Both the position numbers and the translations under genes were made by a program. Below the pieces are notes generated by a model that saw nothing but the letters and a program-made list of their open reading frames with translations, made no database searches and was not told the origin of the DNA. 64,000 bases of DNA from an uncultured Candidatus Saccharibacteria bacterium (GTDB lineage Bacteria > Patescibacteriota > Minisyncoccia > Phycocordibacterales > UBA918): contig CAYGJY010000001.1 in NCBI GenBank assembly GCA_964350645.1, positions 399,939 to 463,938 on the forward strand, read 5' to 3'. Below, piece after piece: positions 43,420-52,700 of this stretch. The stretch's first letter is position 1. Each line of letters opens with the position of its first letter.

Positions 43420-44568
43420 CTAGAAGGTTGGAGTTGCGATGTATGTAAGGATCGCACTGTAGTCATCAGCCGCTTCCTGCAGCGCAGTAATCTCAATCTG
43501 GAAACCAACAGTTGTTGATCCAATTCCAGGTGTTGACGCATCCGCTACACTAGTGTGACTAAAGAGAACAGCTGGTGAAGTACTAGCTCCTTCCCATTCG
43601 TTTGCGCCGAATTCGGCAGCAGCTCCACGGGTGGTGTCAGTATCTTCAGTAGTCCAACCCCAGTGACCCCAAGTGTTTTCATCAGAGATACTTGGTGTAC
43701 CGTCTCCTGGAGCTTCCCAGGCTTTTGGATTAAGGAAAGCACCATCATCAAAGGCGTCAATATCGGCACCTGTTGACGAAAGAAGTTGTTGATCAACCTC
43801 AGCAGTGACTACGAAGCCACGAATAGCGTTGGTAGCAACAGTGAGTTCTTGAGCTAGTGTTTCAATTTCACCGTTAGCCAAGAGACCGAACGGTAAACTT
43901 GTAGCTGTAGTTGTACCAGTTGTTGACGTACCGTTTACCGCAATCCCCGCAGTGGCAAACCCACTCACTGTAAACTCAAAGTTAGTGTTAACTTGAGCTG
44001 TGACGTAGACTGAATCAACGATAGCTACTTCAGTAGTACCACCATCAACACCGTTAAAATCGATATCGATTTCATACGAGCCTTGCGTACCCGGGTTAAC
44101 AATTCTATTAAGGTCGTCTCCAGTACCAAACGCTGTAGCGTTGCTACCGATTTCGATAGTGACAGTTGCATTTGGTGCAATCGTGTCAGTCCCAGATTCG
44201 ATAATGATGTCTTGGCCAACAATAGTTACTCCCCAGACTGCAGCTGCAGCAGCTGCAGCTGTGTCTTCGTCGACGCCATTAACTGCAAAGTCAATGTCGT
44301 CTTCGGTAACACTGCTAAGGTCAAATCCAACTTGGAAAGTGACAGTGGCAGTACCACCAGCAACCATTCCGGTTGGTGTGACAAATTGAATGGTGTGGTT
44401 TGATGCGGTACTCGTAGCAGAAGTTTCAAGCAAGTCCTGAAAATTTGTCAGGTTGGCAGCTTGAGCACTGTGTACGTGTGCACCGTATCCCCACAACACA
44501 AGAGCTAATGAAACGAGGGTCGCGATCACTCGAAACATAGCATTATCTTGTTTTGATAATACGAACAT
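43420..44568 (-). CDS. Secreted Thr/Gly-rich surface protein with a WxL-like C-terminal domain (paralog of 2246..3403)
   Basis: 382 aa, probably starting at the second Met (MFRVIATLVSLALVLW). It has a poly-Ala run (DTAAAAAAAVWG). The C-terminus ...ENTWGHWGWTTED...ITALQEAADDYSAILTYIATPTF is collinear with 2246..3403. Confidence 0.55.
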   Translation of the reverse strand: MFVLSKQDNAMFRVIATLVSLALVLWGYGAHVHSAQAANLTNFQDLLETSATSTASNHTIQFVTPTGMVAGGTATVTFQVGFDLSSVTEDDIDFAVNGVDEDTAAAAAAAVWGVTIVGQDIIIESGTDTIAPNATVTIEIGSNATAFGTGDDLNRIVNPGTQGSYEIDIDFNGVDGGTTEVAIVDSVYVTAQVNTNFEFTVSGFATAGIAVNGTSTTGTTTATSLPFGLLANGEIETLAQELTVATNAIRGFVVTAEVDQQLLSSTGADIDAFDDGAFLNPKAWEAPGDGTPSISDENTWGHWGWTTEDTDTTRGAAAEFGANEWEGASTSPAVLFSHTSVADASTPGIGSTTVGFQIEITALQEAADDYSAILTYIATPTF

Positions 44569-44867
44569 GTTCTTTTTATATTAATTGTAAATAACTTTTT
44601 TCAATGATGTGCCGCTCTACATTGTACGTGAGCGTCTCTCATCGAAACCGACCAAGAAAGAAAATTTTGTGGAGCGACTACAACCTATGTGTAATTAAAA
44701 TGGACAGCCATTTTTCCACAGGTCATAGTCTTTTTCTTTCCCGATCTCTAACTATATTGTAACTGCATTAGACATAACGGTCGTCCAATGTCTGTTGATA
44801 ACTTTTCTATTACCACCTAAGTTTAAGCTTATTTACTTGCAGTCAAAAATGCAGCTCTCTCCACGTA

Positions 44868-44909
44868 CGTAAAGGCCACAAAAGACAGATGTCTTTTGTG
44901 GCCTTTACG
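44868..44909 (+). terminator. Strong hairpin (19-bp stem) followed by TTTTAATTT on the plus strand; it overlaps the umuC stop codon
   Basis: CGTAAAGGCCACAAAAGAC-agat-GTCTTTTGTGGCCTTTACG then ttttaatttc. The T-tract is on the plus strand, which has no gene upstream. This suggests a plus-strand small transcript from the 336-bp gap 44569..44904, or a bidirectional terminator for umuC. Confidence 0.5.
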
Positions 44910-46155
44910 TTTTAATTTCAGCTATATCCGACCATTTTGTCGTATAACTTGGGGATACATAATCCCGACTAGCTTTCCAGGCAGTGTCATATATATTACG
45001 TCCAATTGTAATCGTCTCTTTTCCAAAGCGTCGGTTGAGAGTATCGATTGTACTCATCATAGTTGAATCCCTCTGCGCTTCAGCACTACCAAACAAATCA
45101 AGCTGCTCAACTGCAGCGCCACTAAACATCCCCAGCACCACCCCTGCTTTCTTGTAGGGCACATCTGTCTCATACAGGTCTCGCAGCAGTCGCAAACCTT
45201 CTTTTAATAACACCCGGGTGTCAGCTGTTGGCGTCGGCAAAAGTGCCTCATTGCTACCACCCCGCATAAACCAATCACCATGCCGGCTCGTCCGGGCCAT
45301 AACCGAAATATACTGGGCTTTCAAACCCAGTGACCGTAGTTCTTCAGCAGCGTGAGCAATATGATATGCCAAAGAATCTTCCACCACACCGAGCTCAGTT
45401 GTCTCTTTTTTAAACGATCGAGTACTCATAATGCTCTTCTGCTCGCCACTTCGTGAACCAAGTCTGTGTGCAACTACTTCAGAAAGTTCAGAAAATAGCC
45501 GCAACCCCCCAATTCCAAATAACTTATCGATCCGCGCCTGATCCTGCTGCAAAAAGTCTGCCACCGTGACAACTCCGTGACTACGCAATTTCTCACTAGT
45601 CTTCCTTCCTATACCCCAAATACTACTGATATCTAGCGTCTTCGCTGCCTGTTGCCAGGACAAACTATGAACAAAAGCGATACCAGAATCTTTCTTACCC
45701 ACTTCACTGGCATACTTGGCAATGGTTTTAGTCTTCGCGGCTCCAATTGAAACCGGAATCCCAACTTTCGACTGGACCGTGTGTCGGAGGTGTATAAGCA
45801 CCTCCAACACACGGTCCTCATCGATTTCTAGTCCGAAGAACGCTTCATCGACTGAATATTGCTCCACCACCGCCATTTCCTCTCGCAGGACCGCCATCAC
45901 TCGGGCAGAAATATCCCGATAGAGCGGAAAATTTGATGAAAAAATAGCCGCGTTGACTGCCGACAATTCTTTCTTCACCTGAAAATAGGGTACCCCCATC
46001 GGAATCCCCATTTCTTTTACCTCTTTGGAGCGCGCCACGACACAACCATCATTACCAGACAACACAACTGTTGGACGAGTCTGTAAATCAGGCCGAAACA
46101 AACGCTCACACGATACAAAAAAGTTATTACAATCTAGCAATCCGATATAGCTCAT
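44905..46155 (-). CDS. umuC: Y-family translesion DNA polymerase, UmuC subfamily
   Basis: 416 aa. CNNFFVSCERLFRPDLQTRPTVVLSGNDGCVVARSKEVKEMGIPMGVPYF is nearly collinear with the E. coli UmuC N-terminus (VNAFYASCETVFRPDL..KPVVVLSNNDGCVIARN.EAKALGVKMG.P). A UmuC-like C-terminus (LDLFGSAEAQ...MSTIDTLNRRFGK) is present. Confidence 0.8.
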   Translation of the reverse strand: MSYIGLLDCNNFFVSCERLFRPDLQTRPTVVLSGNDGCVVARSKEVKEMGIPMGVPYFQVKKELSAVNAAIFSSNFPLYRDISARVMAVLREEMAVVEQYSVDEAFFGLEIDEDRVLEVLIHLRHTVQSKVGIPVSIGAAKTKTIAKYASEVGKKDSGIAFVHSLSWQQAAKTLDISSIWGIGRKTSEKLRSHGVVTVADFLQQDQARIDKLFGIGGLRLFSELSEVVAHRLGSRSGEQKSIMSTRSFKKETTELGVVEDSLAYHIAHAAEELRSLGLKAQYISVMARTSRHGDWFMRGGSNEALLPTPTADTRVLLKEGLRLLRDLYETDVPYKKAGVVLGMFSGAAVEQLDLFGSAEAQRDSTMMSTIDTLNRRFGKETITIGRNIYDTAWKASRDYVSPSYTTKWSDIAEIKT

Positions 46156-46181
46156 TTATTAACATTCTACCGCAAAATGCT

Positions 46182-46679
46182 ATGCTGTACTTAATGGAAA
46201 ATAAGTACTTCCGAGCTGGGGTAGGCACTGTTATTTATAATGACAACGACAAAATTGCCTGTTTTGAAAAAGCCTCATACCCACTTGAACCCTGGTTATT
46301 ACAGCAAGGTGGTATCGATGCTGGTGAAACAACTGAACAAACTCTCTGGCGAGAACTGCAAGAAGAAGTGGGCTTGGAAAAAACTGACATCGAGTCTGTC
46401 TACGAATTCCCAGAGTGGACACTCTATACGTATCCCCCTGAACATATAAAAACCTATGGACATGGACCTGATCGACTAGGACAATGCCATCGTTGGTTTT
46501 ACCTACAGCTCAAGCCCGGCCACATCATAGACCTGACCAGGGCCCTTGAAAAGGAATTTGTAACGATGAAATGGATTACTCCTGATGAATTGGCTGACTT
46601 AGGCGGCATCAGAGATCATATTTACAAAGATCTGGCTCACTACTTCACTTCCAACATCATCAACCACGAAAATAACTAG
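46182..46679 (+). CDS. Nudix hydrolase
   Basis: The Nudix box GGIDAGETTEQTLWRELQEEVGL fits G-x5-E-x7-REuxEExGu. The ORF-track start at 46071 would overlap umuC by 85 bp. The ATG at 46182 (MLYLMENK) is preferred. Confidence 0.75.
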   Translation: MLYLMENKYFRAGVGTVIYNDNDKIACFEKASYPLEPWLLQQGGIDAGETTEQTLWRELQEEVGLEKTDIESVYEFPEWTLYTYPPEHIKTYGHGPDRLGQCHRWFYLQLKPGHIIDLTRALEKEFVTMKWITPDELADLGGIRDHIYKDLAHYFTSNIINHENN

Positions 46680-46723
46680 GCACGACAGATAGAAAGTTCA
46701 TACTGCTGCCCAATGAAGTGGGA

Positions 46724-47899
46724 CTAAAACAGTGTCCAGATTCGTTGGTCCTCTTCGCCGTCGACTTTAAAAATCGCTACACCACGCAAATCGTACTTTT
46801 CTGCCAGACGCACTTTGTCGCGAACAGCATATGCGTCACTCCAAGTGACAAAACGCACTACTGTCTCCTGTCCAGTCAAATTGCTGTACCAGAGCGCTTT
46901 AGCAGCAGCTTCATAGCCTTTTGGGGTGCCGGCTGGAGTTGGGACTGAATTTAAAACGCGCCAGACAGAATCATTAGGGAAATAACTAATTACACCTTCC
47001 CCGCCTTTGTCACGACCAATAGGTGCCTTGTAAATACTCCGAGAGAGTTCACGGATTCGGGGGTGATTAAGGGCAGCGACTGATTGATAACTTTTAAACC
47101 AATCTGGCGCTACGGTGACATCCCACGCTCTACCGTACGTCGCAACTCCCAACATAATCTTATCTTTATCGATATCTTCTAAGGCCAACTTGATGACACT
47201 CTCTACCCACTCTTTATCAGCTACTGGTGCGTACGGGAGACCTTTTCTTTTATCATTCAAGGTTAAAACTGCTCTTTGCTGGTCGTACGCCATAATTTCT
47301 ACCCAATCACAATACTGGTTCATAGCCTTGTAGTCGTTGGCATAATTAAGCGTTTCAGGAACTTCGCGATACAAATCTTCTGGTGGTGTTCGAGCCTCGA
47401 TCGTACACGTTAGTGTGTCATCTTTAAGTGCTCTTTTAAGATCACGTAAGAATCGCGAATAGTAGTCCTTAGTCTGAGGTAACTTTCCTTCATAGTCGAT
47501 ATTAACCCCATCAAAATCACCATCTTTGACCATTTTTACAATCTGCTTGATGTGGGCGCTACGGCGCTTACTGTCAGCCAATACATAGTGCATTGCCGCT
47601 CCATCAAACCACATCACACTCGGGATTACCGTCACTTTTTTATCTTGAGCTTCCTCAATCAAATCATCCCAAGCACCCTCTTTCAGCTTAGCTTTAGGGA
47701 TCAAATTGCCATAAAAATCAACTTCAAAGGAAAAAGGGTAAATCACATCGAGATCATCGAGATGTTTTTCAACTGCCTCAACACTCTCTTCACCCGTCCA
47801 CCAGGGAATCCAACCAGCTACTTGACCATCATACCTGGCTTCTGCCATCGCTGGCATACACAATACGCTCATCAGTGCCAAGATAATAATTTTTTTCAT
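46724..47899 (-). CDS. Secreted glycoside hydrolase family 18-like protein (chitinase/YdhD-like), catalytic motif variant DGVNIDYE
   Basis: The signal peptide MKKIIILALMSVLCMPAMA starts at the ATG at 47899. The motif DFDGVNIDYE corresponds to GH18 D-x-x-D-x-D-x-E with the middle Asp replaced by Asn. Confidence 0.5.
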   Translation of the reverse strand: MKKIIILALMSVLCMPAMAEARYDGQVAGWIPWWTGEESVEAVEKHLDDLDVIYPFSFEVDFYGNLIPKAKLKEGAWDDLIEEAQDKKVTVIPSVMWFDGAAMHYVLADSKRRSAHIKQIVKMVKDGDFDGVNIDYEGKLPQTKDYYSRFLRDLKRALKDDTLTCTIEARTPPEDLYREVPETLNYANDYKAMNQYCDWVEIMAYDQQRAVLTLNDKRKGLPYAPVADKEWVESVIKLALEDIDKDKIMLGVATYGRAWDVTVAPDWFKSYQSVAALNHPRIRELSRSIYKAPIGRDKGGEGVISYFPNDSVWRVLNSVPTPAGTPKGYEAAAKALWYSNLTGQETVVRFVTWSDAYAVRDKVRLAEKYDLRGVAIFKVDGEEDQRIWTLF

Positions 47900-47936
47900 G
47901 TAGTAGTTATGACGTTCGGTCAGTAATAATCTTTCA

Positions 47937-48374
47937 CTAAAACTGGCGGACACTGCCGACGACGACCCCCCAAATAAAGCAGTCTTCGTTGTCTGAGACA
48001 ACAATTGGTTCATACGAGTCATTTTCAGAATAGAGAGTGAACTGGCCAGCAGTATTACGAAGACGCTTTACAACCATTTCGCCATACACGGCTGCAACCA
48101 CAATCTTGCCGTCACGAGCTTCAACTGCCTTGTCGACAACAAGCACATCACCTGAAAAAATCCCCGCTCCTTCCATTGAATCGCCGCGAACCCGAACAAA
48201 AAAGGTCGAAGCCGGGTTTTGGACGACTAAATCATTGATATCAAGGGCTTTTTCTACCAAATCATCAGCCGGCGCAGGAAAACCAGCCGCTGGCTGACTC
48301 GCATAGAGTGGCGCGGTTGTGCGGTAGGTGCGCTTTGCCGTATGCACCTCAACAGCAACAGTTTCTTTTGACAT
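47937..48374 (-). CDS. umuD: S24 LexA/UmuD-type self-cleaving peptidase domain protein without an N-terminal HTH (UmuD-like)
   Basis: 145 aa. The Ser-Lys dyad context is VRGDSMEGAGIFSGDVLVVD...GEMVVKRL. The length and absence of a DNA-binding domain fit UmuD rather than LexA. Confidence 0.65.
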   Translation of the reverse strand: MSKETVAVEVHTAKRTYRTTAPLYASQPAAGFPAPADDLVEKALDINDLVVQNPASTFFVRVRGDSMEGAGIFSGDVLVVDKAVEARDGKIVVAAVYGEMVVKRLRNTAGQFTLYSENDSYEPIVVSDNEDCFIWGVVVGSVRQF

Positions 48375-48382
48375 TAACTAAG

Positions 48383-48430
48383 TATAGCAAACTGCCGGCG
48401 GTCCGATAGGACCACCGGCAGTTTGCTATA
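48383..48430. promoter_or_regulatory. 48-bp near-perfect palindrome between the CAP-gene stop and the umuD-like start: candidate operator plus terminator
   Basis: TATAGCAAACTGCCGGCGGTCC-gata-GGACCaCCGGCAGTTTGCTATA has 16-bp perfect outer arms plus inner arms. Its minus-strand copy supplies TTTGCTATACT, an extended -10 (TGnTATACT) 6 nt upstream of the umuD-like ATG. Confidence 0.5.
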
Positions 48431-48433
48431 CAT

Positions 48434-49639
48434 CTACACAATTAGTGCCCCAGCACTAATAACGACATGAACATAGAAGAGTAACAGCATAGTAGCCATC
48501 AAACCAGCACTGTAAGCAACTTGCACGCGATGGTGACGCTGCCATTCAATCTGAACTGAGAGAATAAGCGCTATAAGGACAAAGGCCCCGATAATGGTAT
48601 ATAAAATCTGCAGCACGAGCTGTGGTTGCGTGGCCATAGCCAATACGGTTGGAGCTTCTTTACTGACAATTGTATCGCCGGGTTCAGTGGTTGCTGGTAT
48701 ACCACCAGTTGAAGTAGAAATAAAGCCAGAATATAGTGAAACTGATTCATCATCATTAATTTCTACCGCTGCGATCTCTACCGTCTCAGTGGCCGTCTGA
48801 GTTGATGACGAAATCACCATCACTGGATCCCGGCTGGTTCCAAGCGATACCACTGTGCCATCTTCAGCACCATCGATCACTTCATCTGAGCCAGCAATCT
48901 GTTGTGTGGCCGGATCTTGGACAGGGACTGGAGTTGGTACTGATTCAGTTATAGGTATCTCTTCAGGTGGCAGCGGAACAACACTTGGTTGAGCGGTAGT
49001 TTCCGTCTCAGCCGATACTACTGGTTGTGACTGAGTCACTATAGCTGGTGGTGTCACCACTACTGGCTGACTAGCCGCCGCTGGAGTACCGAAGAGTTGC
49101 ACCACGTAAACAGTTTTAAATCCTTCATAACTACCTGCAGCAGCACCAACACCTATCTCAGTATAATTACCATTCAAAATATTTTCACGATGTGAAGGGG
49201 AATTCATCCAGGCATCTACCACTTCGTCAGAGTCAGTAAAATGCACCGCTAGATTTTCTCCAGCGTGAACAAAGCTATAGTTTGTCTGATTAAACCAATA
49301 CCAAGGAGAAACACCATCTGGACTATAGTGTGAAAAATATTCGTTGGCTGCCATATGTTCAGCTTTCAGCCGAGCCGCCTCATCAAGTGTGCTATTGCGT
49401 CGCAAATTGCTAAGAGCAAAATCTGCTCGTTCTTCATTAGTCAAATCAACCACCACAGCTGGCAAAATCGTTGATACCAGCCAATCTGAACTAATCCACA
49501 GCAGTGACTGGAGGTTGGTGACCGTAAACGACAAAAGAATCATCGCAGTCATACCGACACAAGCAGCTTTACGCAGACTTTGCGGTTGATATTCATTCCC
49601 TTCGTGTGGAATAAAATAATCTTTTAGATGCCGTTTCAT
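48434..49639 (-). CDS. CAP/SCP/PR-1-like extracellular domain protein with Thr/Pro-rich linker and C-terminal TM
   Basis: 401 aa. The CAP motifs are HYSPDG..., GENLAV and WMNSPSHRENILNGNYTEIGVG. It has N- and C-terminal hydrophobic helices. Confidence 0.7.
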   Translation of the reverse strand: MKRHLKDYFIPHEGNEYQPQSLRKAACVGMTAMILLSFTVTNLQSLLWISSDWLVSTILPAVVVDLTNEERADFALSNLRRNSTLDEAARLKAEHMAANEYFSHYSPDGVSPWYWFNQTNYSFVHAGENLAVHFTDSDEVVDAWMNSPSHRENILNGNYTEIGVGAAAGSYEGFKTVYVVQLFGTPAAASQPVVVTPPAIVTQSQPVVSAETETTAQPSVVPLPPEEIPITESVPTPVPVQDPATQQIAGSDEVIDGAEDGTVVSLGTSRDPVMVISSSTQTATETVEIAAVEINDDESVSLYSGFISTSTGGIPATTEPGDTIVSKEAPTVLAMATQPQLVLQILYTIIGAFVLIALILSVQIEWQRHHRVQVAYSAGLMATMLLLFYVHVVISAGALIV

Positions 49640-49716
49640 AGCACTATTCTAGCAAATTTATAATACATCATTTTTTTAAAAAGTCAATTTATAGCTCTAT
49701 CCTGCAAAAACAACGC

Positions 49717-49740
49717 AAAAATCCCCTTTCGGGGATTTTT
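49717..49740 (-). terminator. Rho-independent terminator downstream of the 1,418-aa gene
   Basis: AAAAATCCCC-tttc-GGGGATTTTT is a perfect 10-bp stem with flanking A/T. Confidence 0.7.
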
Positions 49741-49761
49741 ACTGCTGTTTTCGATTATTCC

Positions 49762-52700
49762 TTATGGAAGCTCAGGAAAAGCTTGGATTCCAGGACATTT
49801 CATGTCATTGATCTTCCAACGGGTAGTCTTGAAGACGTAACCACTCGGAGTCAGGTCATAACTTGGATCGACTGCAACCCATGGTAGCAGAATCTCTGAA
49901 GAATATACCTGCTGAAAAGCTTTAACATTGTTTTCAGTTGTAATGTCGAACACTCCTGTGTAAGGGGTTATAAATCCCTGTTCATTAAGGAAGGTTTGCA
50001 ATTTAGTTACCTGCAATACGTCATTAACTTGACCAGATTTCATGTACTCCGTTAAGTAGAGGTCACACTGATTACTGGTAGTAACTCCAAGTACTTGGGA
50101 TTCTGATTCAGTAGAAATTGAAGCACCAGCCACAATCCCAGCTTGTGCAGACCCTCCACCACCGCCACTCATCTCTCTAACTTCTACTGCAGTGGAACAG
50201 GTCACCGTCTCTTCACCGTTAATGGCGGTCAGGGTATACGTAACAGTTCCTTCATTAACTGGGACATTTACTTGAATTGATCCATCACTTGCAACTGCCC
50301 CAATGTTAGTATCAATGACAACCGAATCTGCATCAGTTGTATTCCAACTTAAGATAATCGGATTCCCAACATCGACAAGTGATCGATTAGTGGTGAAGGA
50401 ATCACATGCGAGGGTGCTCTCCGACACCTCGGGCTGACTTTCTTCATAGTTTCCAAAGTTACATTCATAGAATGAAACTTCATTTTGTGGAATATTGAAT
50501 TCACAGACACCTAGTTCCGAATCTGGTGCAGACTGAGTCCAACCAATTTGTTGCACCTCACTAACTGTCCAGTCACCAGCTTCTACCTGAAATTCGTAGT
50601 TACCTTCACCATCTGTAGTAGTTTCAAGTAGTGTTTCTCCATCAGAAGCCTGAATAGTCCAGCCATTTAGGGTTGGTTCTTCTTCGTCCCAAATACCATC
50701 TTCATCGAGGTCATTCCATTTCGCACCCTGAATTGTGTAGGTCAATGGACAGTTGTACTCATCTCCTAGTCCTACCTCGACAGACACGCCATCATTACCA
50801 GTGTCGACTCGCATATCGAATTCAATTGATTCATCGGTTTTATCAAAGATGTCAATAAATGCTGGTGACTTATCTTCTAGTTTGAATGACGGATTCGGTG
50901 ACCGATCTATCTTACCGAGGTCAATACCAATTGTCTCGATTGAACCAGCCACAATGTCAATCTGACGACTTTGATTGTCCCCAGTGAATGCTAACTTAAG
51001 CTCGCTATTTTCCTGGTTTCGCTCAACAGCTAGACCTTGTACGCCATTTGCTAACGTGTTGAAAGCTAGGTCACCAACTTCATTAAAGTTAAACCAAGTT
51101 CCGCTTGGAATAATATTATCTTCAGCACCAAGGTAAATTTGACCATCAAATGAAACCGATTCTGTTTCATTTAATGTAATTTTGACAAGTTTCTCTGCTG
51201 AACACTGGTTTTCAAACAAACAGTATTCTGTACAACCTTCATCCCCAATCTCACACTGCTCCCAACTGTTAGCTCCCTCTGTCTGTACAATGCCATCTCC
51301 ACAGTATGCACCGTAGACAACTTCAACAATGTTCTCAAGGAAAAATGGCTGAGTTTCACGCAGATTTGGACCTGAACTTTCGTTCGGATTAGCAATAAAG
51401 CAGTACTGACCGTCAGCCAGAGCTGACATATCAACTGTCGCTCCAAATGACGCACCGTCAAAGCTGCTGACGTCAGTAAAGCCATCAACGTTACCAGCAA
51501 CAGTCGTACCGCCAATACCACAATCCCCAGTTCGTACCGCCCACTGCATCGTATCTGGTGTGTCATCACCGTCTACATATTCAGCCGCAAACGAAACTAT
51601 GCCTGATAGAGTTTGATCAGCCGTCTCTGGATTTGTGATAACAAGTGAAGCATCCGGTCGCTCAACAACTTCAATGTCGTGGAACTTATATCTGAAGTTA
51701 CCTTCAGTATCAAATGCTTGTGCTTTGAGGCGATAAAAACCTGCTGTAAGAGCGTCTACGGCAAATGACCATAAGTTTGTGCCAATAGCTGTACCACTAT
51801 CTACTGAAGCAACATAATCACCTCCTAACGTATCGATCTGAGTTACGGTATAAAGCACATCCTCAATCTCTGACTGAGCGTCACTGGCAGTACCAGTAAC
51901 AGTAAACGGATCGTCAGCTACGACTGCACCGTTGGCAGGAGAAGTAATAACTACGTCTGGCTTGGTGATATCTGGCTCGACGATCACAAACGATTTCACA
52001 TGGTTTCCGCCACCGTTATTGTTTCCAACCGTGTCAGAGCTGAGCACAGTCACACAGTATCGTCCTGGAAGAAACGCACTGACATCAAACGTAGTTGAAA
52101 ACGCTCCTGTTTCACCGACTGTTGCATCGGCTGAACTTACAAAGGCACCACACTTACCGTTTTCTTTAAGTGGACGCAAGTGAACTGCTACTTGATCACC
52201 CTCAATGCCAGCGGGGTCAGTAGCTGAACCAGTTACGGTCACTTCCTGACTGATCACCTCATCGACGACTGGAGTGTTAATCGTGATGGCTGGTCCAGTA
52301 GTATCAATTGTAAATAGTCTTGAGACAGTATTACTAATGTTTCCAGCTGCATCACGAGCATTAGCTTTGTAGCCAAATTCTCCCTCACCAAGCGCTGCTA
52401 CCGAAACTGTACAGCTAGCATCGTAGGTAGTAACAGCTCCAGTTGGTTCATTTAGACATGAGGCTAAATTAGCACCATTTTCATCTTTTAGGTTAACCAC
52501 AACAGAAGCCAGTTCTTCATTGTCGGTTGCTTGAATGACAATATCGAAGTCTGCATTGGTGACAAAACCATTCTCAGGTTCAATCACGGTCATGGTCGGC
52601 TTACCGGTATCTGGCTCTGGTTCAAAGTCCCAAGTAGTGATTGCTGAAGCCGTTTCGAGAACAACATTGTCATAATATCCAGCCAAACCCTCATCTGAGT

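Noticed and set aside
44557-44566. GAACATGTTC palindrome as a Cheo-type LexA box
   Set aside because: The arm spacing is 2 nt, not the 4 nt of CGAAC-N4-GTTCG, and it overlaps a start codon rather than a -35/-10. It is mentioned in the gap-region finding only as a curiosity.
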